From a virus (lineage: Duplodnaviria > Caudoviricetes): a stretch of 64,000 bases of DNA. The stretch spans positions 96,001-160,000 of IMG/VR virus record IMGVR_UViG_3300013121_000023. One strand, 5' to 3'. The notes beneath the pieces are model-generated. The model saw nothing but the letters and a program-made list of their open reading frames with translations, made no database searches and was not told the DNA's origin. The position numbers and the translations under genes are program-made. Positions 49,326 through 59,251 of this stretch are shown here, piece after piece (position 1 is the stretch's first letter; the number at the start of each line of letters is the position of its first letter).

Positions 49326-50316
49326 GAAACTCTTTTCCTTTTCTGTTTTCCAAAACCCAATTTATCAGAGGTTTCGGTGTCTCATACGATGACTGTATAT
49401 CAAACTCACTCAAATCATCTGGTTGTTCTACTTGTTTCAGATACGGCAAAAAATAGACAGATGTTGTGAGTGACAATCTTGCTGCTGCGTCTATGGAGCC
49501 TTTTATACCTGCGTCGTTGTTGTCTAGCATCAAGTATATAGGACAACCCATACGGGTTAGCAACCATTCTTGCTCAAACGTTAGCATTGAGCCGAGTAGT
49601 GCTACTGTGTTCCTTATACCAGATTGGTGAAGTTTCATGCACGCCTTGAATCCTTCGACCAACACAACAGGAGGGGATTTGTTAGTAAAAAACACCTCTG
49701 GGTAAACTCTGTGAAAGTTCCAGAGTATGTGGCTTTTGACTATCTCTCTCCTAGCTAGACCCCATTGTAGGTACTCGGTGTCATATAGTTTGTATCTTGG
49801 CGCTTGCCCTGGCATTACTGCTCGGCCAGATATACCCTCCAATCTTCCCCTGAAGTCTCTCAGTGGGAAAGTTATACGCATGTTCTTTTTATCGAATCCT
49901 ACATCAAAGTAGGAAAGCGTTTCTCTGTTGAATCCGCTTTTAACCAGGTCCAGTGGTGTGTAGTCAAATAGACCCAGCACGGACTCAGATAGAGGTTCTA
50001 GTGTGACCACATTGGGTCTCACACTGCTTTTGTCAGGTGGTGTTGCCTCTTCCAGTTCTTCCAGAAGAAACCTGTATTGCCTGTTTACTACATCCCTGGA
50101 ACCACCCAGCTTGCACAGTAGGTTTCTAAACGTCCCTTTCTCGTGACACGAGAAGCAGAAGAATAGGCCGTTTACTAGGGATATAGCCAACGTGTGCGTT
50201 ACTACGCTACCCATTGTATGAAATGGGCATGTCACCTGTACGTTGTTTGGACCAGATCTCTTTACATAGCCGAACCTGTTTTCTATTATTTGGTAAACTT
50301 CTTCTCTCGCAGACAT
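49282..50316 (-). CDS. dnaG: DnaG-type primase
   Basis: CPFH..CFSC zinc finger, FP..G..GR, VEG..DND.AG TOPRIM. Confidence 0.9.
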   Translation of the reverse strand: MSAREEVYQIIENRFGYVKRSGPNNVQVTCPFHTMGSVVTHTLAISLVNGLFFCFSCHEKGTFRNLLCKLGGSRDVVNRQYRFLLEELEEATPPDKSSVRPNVVTLEPLSESVLGLFDYTPLDLVKSGFNRETLSYFDVGFDKKNMRITFPLRDFRGRLEGISGRAVMPGQAPRYKLYDTEYLQWGLARREIVKSHILWNFHRVYPEVFFTNKSPPVVLVEGFKACMKLHQSGIRNTVALLGSMLTFEQEWLLTRMGCPIYLMLDNNDAGIKGSIDAAARLSLTTSVYFLPYLKQVEQPDDLSEFDIQSSYETPKPLINWVLENRKGKEFHVIRERSKRVEQAG

Positions 50317-51755
50317 AATAGACCGTCTATGTTTTCTGGTACGATATCTTTAAGGGCTTGTTCAAGCTCTGTTTCTTTTTTGGACTTGCCTTTCTTCTTA
50401 GCTATTTTGTTAGCCACCTCTTCTGTCAGTTCTTCTTTAAGAGCTTCTTGATCGTCTCTTGTTTTCTCTGTTTCAATAGCGTACTTATTCAAAACCTCTA
50501 TAAACTCAAAGTTAGTACATGGTTTTGCATGAATCTTAAAACCATCCAGGCTGTACTCACGGGCACCGCCTACACTCAGAGTGATAGTTCTATCTATGTA
50601 GTTAGGTATGGACCTAGCGAATAGGGTTGCGTCTTGAGCGATAGCATCGCTGTATCCAATATCAGAGCTAGACGCTTCCTCTTTTTTGTCTGCCGTTCTA
50701 TTTGCCTGTGTTGTTCCGATGATAGGTACGCCAAAGTCGAGCGGTATGCCGCGCAAGCTTCTGGAGATGCCCATAACTCTTTGCCACTCTTGTGCTCTGG
50801 ATGAGCCTTCATCGGAAGACATCAGGTAGAAACCGTCGATACCTACTACAGAAGGCTTGTAGTGGTTTATCTTGCTCCTTATCCACATCGGTGTGTCCTT
50901 GCCCACACCAACGTCTCTACCAGACAGAACTATGATGTCATTGTATCCATTAGATGCGGCTTTCTTTTCGTTCAGAACGTCTTTGAATTGGTAGAACGTA
51001 TCTCTCATATCGCTGTTCAAGCGACCGAATTTTACGTCTCCGTAAGCCGCTCTGATATAGAAAGCAGCTATGCGCATCAGTATATTCTTGGGTGTCATTT
51101 CTTTGGTATATATGACCACCCTATGTCCTATCGCGTACGCGAAGGCCAACAAATAGCAGAGAACAAACGTTTTCATGCTTTTTGGTCTTCCGTATATGAC
51201 GTTAAAATCGGCTCCTTCTATGCCGCCGGTTATGTTCGTCACATCGCTCCACGGCCAAGGTAGAACACAATTGGTTTCTCCACTTGCCAGTTTGTCGTAG
51301 TCGAACAGTATCTCATCGAACATGTCTGAGAATGTATGGTCTGTTCTTCTAGACGAGTTCTCTTGAACTATCTCTTGCGAAATAGTCAGGAGTAGCTGAG
51401 CTGCGTATACTGGATCGTCATCTTTTGCAGCGGCTACTTTTAGCAGCAAGTCTTGAACTGATATTCTGGCTTTTGCTTTTTTGACTTCGTGTATTATTGC
51501 ATCGATAGTCATGCTTTCGTCATCAACAAGATCGTACGAGGGGAAGTACTCGTTCATCATGTTGGGGCCGAAAACGGCTAGTTTGGTGGTTGGGTTTTTA
51601 GCGTAGTCGCACAGGGTGAAGAATATGGCCTTATCACTTGCCGTACCCATGTGCTCAGCAGTGATACCTTCTTCGAGCACATGGGTCAGTAGGTCGAAAG
51701 CTTTGCCACCGCTACCGATTATCTTAGACAAAAGTATAGTAGACGGACTAGCCAT
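50316..51755 (-). CDS. dnaB: DnaB-like replicative helicase ending at TTA
   Basis: GRPKSMKT, EM, IDG.YL, QANR, SDAIAQDA; TTA overlaps primase ATG. Confidence 0.9.
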
Positions 51756-52110
51756 GAGGCTCCTTTCTAGACCAGAAAGCCCCCTTTCGGGGGCTTTTTA
51801 AACCTGGCTCGGGTTCTTTGCTGGCCCAAGCGGCAACGATGCCAGACTCGCTGCTTGATGCGCTGGTGGGCCCATCGAACAAGACACGTAGTACATCTTG
51901 TTCGTAGCTGGCGAGAAACTTTTGGAAAAGTTCTTTGGTCTCATCGCTCATGACAGCGCTGGTGCCGTGGGAGAACGCCATAGTACCACCCGTTTTTGTA
52001 TTTACAAGGGCCGTTCTGACAGACACGGAGAAGCCCCCGTGTTCGTGCTTGAACTCACCGTCATAAACCACCACAGCATCAAATTTTGGTATCCCAGATA
52101 TAGGTGTCAC
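51748..52110 (-). CDS. hypothetical protein
   Basis: operonic ORF. Confidence 0.6.
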   Translation of the reverse strand: MTPISGIPKFDAVVVYDGEFKHEHGGFSVSVRTALVNTKTGGTMAFSHGTSAVMSDETKELFQKFLASYEQDVLRVLFDGPTSASSSESGIVAAWASKEPEPGLKSPRKGAFWSRKEPHG

Positions 52111-52391
52111 TGCTTCACCGTTGCTGAGGCCACATCAAACGCATCCATGGCTAGTTCATGTGCTTCTCTCATAGTTCTAGTTTTTGCTTCTTCGAGCATG
52201 TGTTCGTTCTGGTCGCACTCTAGTTCTACTTCTGCGTACACTTTAATTTGGCCGAAGTCAGATGAAAATCCCATTCCTATTCTGATCCTAGCTTTTCCTT
52301 TTGATGGGTCTCTTACGTATTCGTCCACAACAGTTGAGCCTTGTTTCATTTCTTCTTTATCTCCAATCTTCGTATGAACGTAATACTTCAT
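52107..52391 (-). CDS. hypothetical protein
   Basis: operonic ORF with ATGA overlaps. Confidence 0.65.
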   Translation of the reverse strand: MKYYVHTKIGDKEEMKQGSTVVDEYVRDPSKGKARIRIGMGFSSDFGQIKVYAEVELECDQNEHMLEEAKTRTMREAHELAMDAFDVASATVKQ

Positions 52392-52798
52392 TTCTTGTAT
52401 CTAAGTTCTTGTATTTCAAAGTTTGCATCTGGGGGAATAACACCGTCAGATTTCATTCTTTCGTAGTCGTCTTCATTTATTTTAAATGTGTTTGTAGTCT
52501 CTATTACGCCTCCGTACTGCAAGAACACGGATTGACCGACAAAATCAGCCAGGTCTTTGCCGCGTATCTTATTTACTACGGCGTGTACTTTGAACGGGCC
52601 GCAGTTGACTCTCATTTCTCGTACAACTCTATCTGCATCGTCTTTAGCGGCGTTGCAGTCGTCTAGCAGCTTTTGATACTCCATGAACGTTACCGAATTC
52701 GCGGTTATGAACCTATCTAGACGTTCTTTAGCCTCCACATAAGCAGTAACTTGAGGTATCTCGGCTACGTCTACTTCTTGAATGGATATCTTTTTCAT
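52388..52798 (-). CDS. hypothetical protein
   Basis: operonic ORF with ATGA overlaps. Confidence 0.65.
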   Translation of the reverse strand: MKKISIQEVDVAEIPQVTAYVEAKERLDRFITANSVTFMEYQKLLDDCNAAKDDADRVVREMRVNCGPFKVHAVVNKIRGKDLADFVGQSVFLQYGGVIETTNTFKINEDDYERMKSDGVIPPDANFEIQELRYKK

Positions 52799-53559
52799 GC
52801 CGGGGTCTCCTTGTTGTGTAGCTCAACGTAGTAGCGCCACGCTCTAGTAACGTATCGTATGTCATCTATAAATTCGTTTTTGTCGCTCCTGCCCTTCATG
52901 TCACCTATATTCTTCAGAATGGTTGCTGGGTGCCATGTAGGCATAACTAGGTACGGTACTTGTTGTACGTAGTTAGACACTACGTAGGAATCGTCACTCT
53001 TTCTGAAGAATCTGTTGCTCTTACCTGGTGTTTTTATACGTAGTATTTTACCGTCATGATATGCGTGGAAAGGTTTTCCTCTACAGCTATTTATGTTCAC
53101 ATGTTTTCCTAGGACAGCAGATGTAGCAGTGGTCCCGAAAGTTATCACCGCAAATGGTTCTAGTGCATATAGCTCTTTGTACAGCCTTACATGGCAAGCG
53201 TCTTGGCTGTCTTTGGGTGGGTCTTTATCTTTGTACATTATATGACCGTGACGCATCATTGGCTGACCACTGTCGTCCATAACCATGTCACAGGCCCTGC
53301 ACATGATTGAATGCGTCAGGTAGTAGTCTTTGAGTCCTATTTTATCTAGGACGCCTCTGACGAACTCACCTGTAGTGCCAGCAAATGCAGATCCCGAAGA
53401 CTCGCCAGACCATATAGGAGCCTCATCTACAAAAACTATCTTACCCAGACCGCTTAGCTCACCGAAGCATATCTGACCGTTTACTAGCTTCCTGTGCTCG
53501 GACAGTGAGCACCTCTCACAGTTTGTATACTCTTCTTTTATAATCTGTAGCTGTCTCAT
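52795..53559 (-). CDS. family 4 uracil-DNA glycosylase-like protein
   Basis: C..C.L, EAP..E..G..F.G..G, C, G..A, PTWHPA. Confidence 0.8.
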   Translation of the reverse strand: MRQLQIIKEEYTNCERCSLSEHRKLVNGQICFGELSGLGKIVFVDEAPIWSGESSGSAFAGTTGEFVRGVLDKIGLKDYYLTHSIMCRACDMVMDDSGQPMMRHGHIMYKDKDPPKDSQDACHVRLYKELYALEPFAVITFGTTATSAVLGKHVNINSCRGKPFHAYHDGKILRIKTPGKSNRFFRKSDDSYVVSNYVQQVPYLVMPTWHPATILKNIGDMKGRSDKNEFIDDIRYVTRAWRYYVELHNKETPA

Positions 53560-53906
53560 GTGATTAGAGATGTTCTGGTTTCCTTTGATTTACAGTTTTC
53601 TATGTAGTCCTTGTACATCTTAAACAGTTGAGACTTTACGTCTAGAATTACTACGCTCGATGGCTTTACGTACACACTACCAAAATCAGTTCCGCATAGG
53701 CCCTTAACCAACGGTATGACGGTAGGAGCAACACCTCCCAAACTTGTTCTTTGCTGAACTATGATTTCTTCAAGCTCGATGGCGTTTTGCATCGCCAAGT
53801 AGTTACCTGGCGTATCTATCTCTTTCTTAAAGTCTTCCATTCTTATAGAGCCTACATACTTGATGCCGGATGTAGACGCGATACACACAATAACTTCTTC
53901 AGGCAT
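53556..53906 (-). CDS. hypothetical protein
   Basis: operonic ORF. Confidence 0.6.
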   Translation of the reverse strand: MPEEVIVCIASTSGIKYVGSIRMEDFKKEIDTPGNYLAMQNAIELEEIIVQQRTSLGGVAPTVIPLVKGLCGTDFGSVYVKPSSVVILDVKSQLFKMYKDYIENCKSKETRTSLIT

Positions 53907-53907
53907 G

Positions 53908-55530
53908 TCAAACCTCTACGATCTCGAACGGACCACCTTGGTCCTCTGGCCAGTTCTTCAGAGCCCTTTTCATTTTGGCGAAAAGACCGCTTATTAGCGG
54001 AGCTTGGTCTTTTATGGCTATGACCCTCGGAGCTGGCTTCGTTGGGTGGGCCCTTAGAACCCTACCTATTACCTGAGCCAAAGAACCTTCACCAGCAGTT
54101 TCTTCTACCACAGGCTCACACATGATAACCGTAGACAAACTATCTTTATCAAAGGCCTCTTTTCCATATTTTGCTACGGCCAATATCACTCTTTTAGATA
54201 TGGCTGCCTTTCTTCCAGCGGCTTTTACTTCTTCTATTACAAACCCTATATCGTTTCTTCCGGCTACGGTTAGTGCCTTAGCTATAAATTGTCTACGTAG
54301 CTGCTTCTTTCTTTTTATGACGGCTATGTGCGCTTCGTGTCCTCTTAGTATGGCGTATAGGCCAGGTTCTCTTCTAGTATCATATATCTGCTTAAGCTCC
54401 TCGTAATTATCTATCTCTTCTGTATGTGCAACATCTTCAAAGCCAACATCTTTTGGGCGTACGTTAGTCTCATCTTTGTACATAGCTTGATTACAAAGTA
54501 TGGAGTATATGTTGAACAATTCTTCTGTTGAATAAGAAAGTACAAGTATGTCTCTTTGTTGAGCTGCTTCTACTCTGATTACATCCACTATTTTGCGTAT
54601 TCTTGGTATGTTTCTACCTAGATGTATGGCTAGTTTTACGTAGTGAAAGTTGTTTGACTTGTCGCATATTTCTTGTGCCACTTTTTCATCGTTAGGGTCT
54701 AGCACACAACCACTGTTCAAAAGAATGACTTGTGGAGACATTCTTTGTTTTAGGTTTTTGTGTATGACTGGACCTATGTGGTTTCTATAGATTAGGTCTC
54801 TACCGTCATTTCTCACAGGTGTGGCGCTAAGTATCAATCGCCTACCGTAAAATGAGTAAGCGGTTTTGCTGAATGTTTCTGCTCCCACATGGTGACCTTC
54901 GTCCCATATGACCGTCCTGAAGTGCCTTCTCATCTGCTCAGGCATACTGTCGGACATAGCTGCAACGGTATGATAGGTACCTAGTACCAATGGTCTGTCC
55001 CACACCCTAGTAGCACTCTTTAGTTCTCCTATGTCTTTTGGTTCTAGACACAGGTTTTTTAGAGCCTGTGCTTTCCACTGTTCCAGTAGTTGTGTGTCCG
55101 GTACTAGAACAAGTGCCGGTGCGCCTATTGTGGCTATATAGTGCAGAGCTATTATTGTTTTACCTTTGCCGCACGCTAGGCACAATATCCCGTCTCTAGT
55201 CAATGATTCAAAAGCATCTCTTTGTGTAGTATCGTTGCGATTCAAATAATCTAGTTCTATCTTACTGGTAATACGTATTTGAGGACTCAGCTCAGGGGTA
55301 GCGTCAATGATATCGAAGCTGTACGCCTCCGATTCGTCGTACATTCCCCTGGCGACAAGTAGATGATTATCTGTCTCCCTGAACAGGTAGACATAGTTTT
55401 CTTCATTCTTCCCTTCTTTGACCTTTATAGTCAGACCATTTTTCATTATTGGTACGTTTATCTCTTTTTTAGGTATCCAAAACCAGTTGTCTAGGTAGCC
55501 TTTATTTGGGTCTCTTACTAGTATGCGCAT
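53908..55530 (-). CDS. superfamily 2 helicase
   Basis: CGKGKT, DEGHH, SATP.R.DG, QVIGRVLR; no in-frame TTA found. Confidence 0.9.
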   Translation of the reverse strand: MRILVRDPNKGYLDNWFWIPKKEINVPIMKNGLTIKVKEGKNEENYVYLFRETDNHLLVARGMYDESEAYSFDIIDATPELSPQIRITSKIELDYLNRNDTTQRDAFESLTRDGILCLACGKGKTIIALHYIATIGAPALVLVPDTQLLEQWKAQALKNLCLEPKDIGELKSATRVWDRPLVLGTYHTVAAMSDSMPEQMRRHFRTVIWDEGHHVGAETFSKTAYSFYGRRLILSATPVRNDGRDLIYRNHIGPVIHKNLKQRMSPQVILLNSGCVLDPNDEKVAQEICDKSNNFHYVKLAIHLGRNIPRIRKIVDVIRVEAAQQRDILVLSYSTEELFNIYSILCNQAMYKDETNVRPKDVGFEDVAHTEEIDNYEELKQIYDTRREPGLYAILRGHEAHIAVIKRKKQLRRQFIAKALTVAGRNDIGFVIEEVKAAGRKAAISKRVILAVAKYGKEAFDKDSLSTVIMCEPVVEETAGEGSLAQVIGRVLRAHPTKPAPRVIAIKDQAPLISGLFAKMKRALKNWPEDQGGPFEIVEV

Positions 55531-55543
55531 ATGACACCTTTGA

Positions 55544-55571
55544 GTAGCTAAAGAGCATTCTTTCGAATGCT
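55544..55571 (-). terminator. intrinsic terminator
   Basis: GAGCATTC-GAAA-GAATGCTC plus TTTAGCTA on minus strand. Confidence 0.75.
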
Positions 55572-55579
55572 CAATCTTT

Positions 55580-56215
55580 TTACTTAATCCAGGGCTTGCT
55601 GCTTATTGATTTCGCAGTCTGTACCCCTACTGCGGTAAGTGCTGCCCTTATACCGTCTACTAGTACCCTTTTTATTATTGGTACTTTGGTACCGTCCTCC
55701 AGTGCATCTGGTTCCACAGCCTCTAGTATAGACGGTACATGCAGGTGGTCCTGCACTACTGTCATGGCTGGTTGTCTGACTGCCATGTTGTTGCTGTGAT
55801 GTGTTTGTATATATGGTGAGCCACTCGCTGATGGTGGCGTAACCGTAGTCCTTCCGGCCGTGGCTGCCTGCGCGATAGGAACAGCCGGTGTAGCTGGCCT
55901 GTACTGAGGCAAATATTGCCGTCTCTTTGCCTCCTCTATTTGCGCACTCTGTACTGTTATTTTGTGTCGGCACGCATCATATACCGCGCATCTAGGTCTT
56001 ATACGGTCTATCGCATCCGTGTACCCTGGATCGTACCCCCCGGTACATTCGATATCATTTGAATCGAACATCCTTTTTCTTTCATTGCCTGAATTGCAGT
56101 GCGAACAGTTCGACGGTGCAAGACATGGAGATAGCTTTTCTTCATATGCTTTTATACTCGGTGTCCATGTTTGGACAACATGAACTAGTCCGAAGCATGG
56201 AGGCTCTTCTGACAT
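55580..56215 (-). CDS. hypothetical Cys-rich protein
   Basis: AAGGAG SD; PPCFG..EC..C..C. Confidence 0.6.
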   Translation of the reverse strand: MSEEPPCFGLVHVVQTWTPSIKAYEEKLSPCLAPSNCSHCNSGNERKRMFDSNDIECTGGYDPGYTDAIDRIRPRCAVYDACRHKITVQSAQIEEAKRRQYLPQYRPATPAVPIAQAATAGRTTVTPPSASGSPYIQTHHSNNMAVRQPAMTVVQDHLHVPSILEAVEPDALEDGTKVPIIKRVLVDGIRAALTAVGVQTAKSISSKPWIK

Positions 56216-56303
56216 GCATTTCTCCTTGACAGATGTTTATCTATCAGTTTCCTTATGACAGATATCCAATTACCTTTGATGTGTAGGAGAGTGAGGTTTT
56301 CCT

Positions 56304-57668
56304 ATGAATACGAGCGGTCTCATTTTGGATGTGTATGACGATCATGACGGCACACTGCTAAAGAAGTTCTTTAGTAGCGTTCAAGATATGCCGTCTTTTG
56401 TAAAAACAGCTCAGCAGGTAACGGCTGAGTACCGAGACAAGCTACCTGATGATGTTTTTGCTTTGGTAGTTCAAGATGGCGAGCACAAAATCAAGAAGTA
56501 CGCTTGTGTAGACGAAGGCAACACTGCCCTGTCTGTTCTTTATTTTATGGAGAATGGCGGGAAGTTGCCAGAGCACATGCAGAAGATTGCTGCGGCTAAT
56601 CTCTCAATCGCGTGTGGATGGTACGGACTTCAAGTACCTGCCGACTTGGAAAAAATCGCTATGGGCCTTGGCACTATTGTCGGTATTCCTGGCAGGATCG
56701 CCACTGTACAGGGCGCCATAAAGGATGCCGAGGAAGCAGACAAAGCACTGAAGGGCGTGCCAAAGGGTGCGCTTTATGTGAAGCACGCAGAAGTTAGCGG
56801 TACGGCTACTGCGCCTATGTCTAGGGACACAAGAAAAGATAAAACACCGGTTAAGGTGTCGTCGGATCTAAATCCGACCACAAAAGATAACACTGGTGAG
56901 AAGAACACACCGCCACCACAGATGAAGCCCATGAACATGAGTCCTAAAACGGATGCCTGTGGTGAGAGACCCAAAGAAGTTCAGGTAAAGAAAGCCAATC
57001 ACTACGCATTGGGTGATAAATATCCTATAGATACGGCTGAGCAGGTTAAGAAAGCTGCTGCTTATTTCGTTAAGCATAAGGTGGCGTTTGAACCATCCGA
57101 ACGTAGAAAGTATGCTCAGGCCGTAGCCGAAAGGGCTGCCGATCTATACGTTTCTATACCAGACGAAATAAAAGGATATGGTGGCACTAAGTATGCTTCG
57201 GCTGAAAGCATAGCCATGCATTTGAATTCTAGGGATTTGCTGCTCAAAGAGCGTGGTAATTTCACTGGCTCTGAGGTACTGCACAAGATAGCGGAGCAAG
57301 CGGGGTCTCTGCCACCTGAACTGTGGGCTACCGTTCTAGGTGAGTTCGATAAGACAGCTGGTATAGTCGAATATTACGATACTAGGCTGTACGACCCTTA
57401 CTTCGTGACATTCGCTGATATGTGTAAGACCGCCAGCGAGTCGGGAGAAAAGGAGAACTTTTCTTGGTCAGAGGGTTCGCATTACACAAACTTTGGAGCC
57501 CTTAAGAGGCTGGCTGTTCACGGTACCCGCCATCTAAAAGAAAGATTCGACGAAGATTTTTTTGAGGAGTTCGTAAAAGACCCTGTTGGTATGTTTGAGC
57601 ATCTACCACTGGCAGAGAAGCGAGTAATAGCTACTATGTCTATGGATCAGAGACTCAACCAGGACTGA
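56304..57668 (+). CDS. head-associated protein with many KxA motifs
   Basis: 454 aa; KTA, KIA, KHA, KKA, KYA repeated; YPIDTAEQV..A..YF; upstream of portal. Confidence 0.65.
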   Translation: MNTSGLILDVYDDHDGTLLKKFFSSVQDMPSFVKTAQQVTAEYRDKLPDDVFALVVQDGEHKIKKYACVDEGNTALSVLYFMENGGKLPEHMQKIAAANLSIACGWYGLQVPADLEKIAMGLGTIVGIPGRIATVQGAIKDAEEADKALKGVPKGALYVKHAEVSGTATAPMSRDTRKDKTPVKVSSDLNPTTKDNTGEKNTPPPQMKPMNMSPKTDACGERPKEVQVKKANHYALGDKYPIDTAEQVKKAAAYFVKHKVAFEPSERRKYAQAVAERAADLYVSIPDEIKGYGGTKYASAESIAMHLNSRDLLLKERGNFTGSEVLHKIAEQAGSLPPELWATVLGEFDKTAGIVEYYDTRLYDPYFVTFADMCKTASESGEKENFSWSEGSHYTNFGALKRLAVHGTRHLKERFDEDFFEEFVKDPVGMFEHLPLAEKRVIATMSMDQRLNQD

Positions 57669-57669
57669 C

Positions 57670-58326
57670 ATGGACGATACGAATTCAGTGACTCTAAAAA
57701 ATGCGTTCAAGAACAGTGACTCACACCCACTGTTTTTGGACCTTTTGTTGATCAGAAAGTACGGCGTCGACTATTTGGGTTGGTCGTATGAAACGTTGGA
57801 TACGGTTATTCCAAAGGATTTTGGTATGACCGTATCCAGCTACAACATGCAGAAGATAGCCGCGTGTCAATCACTGCATCTAGTGGACACTTTCTGGTCT
57901 AGATGGGAAACTTTCGGATGGATAACGTCTGGCCTGCACGGAGTGCCGCCAGATCCAAACAACACCCAACTGTTCACAGTGGCTCAGTACATGGTAGCTG
58001 TTGATACAGCCACTAAGATACAGAGCCAAAACGAATTCTCAGATGAAGTAAAAGCGTATGTTAGGTCTGTCTACATGATGGACCACATAGCTGTTCCTAT
58101 AGAACCGTTGGACTTTGTTACTCTGGATGTTTCTGATTATCCAGTGAACGTACAGAAGATAACGGAGCGTTGGCCCGTGGTGCGTTCCAGTAAACAGGCG
58201 CCACACGGGAATACGATAGAAGATGAACAGCTTAGAAAAATGTTGGCCGCCCACATCTTTCTTGAAGATAGTAGGAGTCGGCTGAATGCACAAATGTCTC
58301 TACTAAAGGACGTGGTTCCTCAATGA
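57670..58326 (+). CDS. hypothetical head-module protein
   Basis: 218 aa; HP..L..YG..YL.W..ET; F..EV..Y. Confidence 0.65.
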   Translation: MDDTNSVTLKNAFKNSDSHPLFLDLLLIRKYGVDYLGWSYETLDTVIPKDFGMTVSSYNMQKIAACQSLHLVDTFWSRWETFGWITSGLHGVPPDPNNTQLFTVAQYMVAVDTATKIQSQNEFSDEVKAYVRSVYMMDHIAVPIEPLDFVTLDVSDYPVNVQKITERWPVVRSSKQAPHGNTIEDEQLRKMLAAHIFLEDSRSRLNAQMSLLKDVVPQ

Positions 58327-59246
58327 GCTACTCAAAGCAGCACGCTGTTTTGGCTTTTGTCAATGAGATCGAAAAGACAGCAGTGTCTCACAGCGTTGGG
58401 GCGCCACTAACTGCTGCTGCTTTGGGGGGTCTTTGGTTTGGCAAGAACAAGTGGGACGAGGCCAGGGAACGTGGTGAGGGTGTTGGGGACGCTGCTTTGT
58501 CGGCGCTCAAAGGTGGCTTGAAGGGCGCCGTGGGTGGTGGCCTGGTAGGTGGTGCCATCAGCAAGCTATCGCCCATGGTGGAGAGGAACTTGTCTCAGTT
58601 CGGACAGGCTCAGCTACACGGCTATACTGGGTGGACACCAAAGAATATGACGTACGAACAGGCCATGGCACATATGGACCTTGGTACGCATGGTGTAGCT
58701 GGTGATGTAGCGCGTTATAAAGACGAGTTGGCTAAAGCCATAGAAGAAAAAGCAAAACATGTGGGAGACCCATCAGGCCCGGTATCTGTACTAAAGCGAC
58801 ACCTGCTGGATAGAAAAATAGGTTCTTTGCCAGAACAGATAACCAGTACAACAGAGGAGCTAAATAAAAGACTTAGTAATCCTCATGTTGCTAAAGCTAC
58901 CGACTGGCAGCTTACTAGTTTGCCTGGTTACCTAAAGGCGATGAAAGAGCATGGTGTATTGCCAGTTGCGAAAGCGTCTCTTAACGAAGCCTGGCACAGC
59001 GCACCTGGGTTGTGGAAGGCTCCGCTTATAGCTGGCTCTGTAATGCCTTTGTACTACGGAATCTCTGGACCGGTACCAGAAGACAGCAGCAGAGCTGAGG
59101 AAGTTGCCAAAGGCGTCGGCAGAGCTGTAGCTAACCCATTTGGATTCGGATTGCCCATGCAGGCAGCAAATGCTGTGGGCGATGCTAGTGGGTATATCGC
59201 TGGTTCAGTAGGCAAGGGCGTTGATTATCTGATGAATAGAGGTTTA
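58323..59246 (+). CDS. Gly/Ala-rich hydrophobic protein (possible ejection protein) ending at TTA
   Basis: AFVNEIEKTA N-terminus, glycine-zipper helices; TTA 59244-59246. Confidence 0.6.
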
Positions 59247-59251
59247 GCGTC

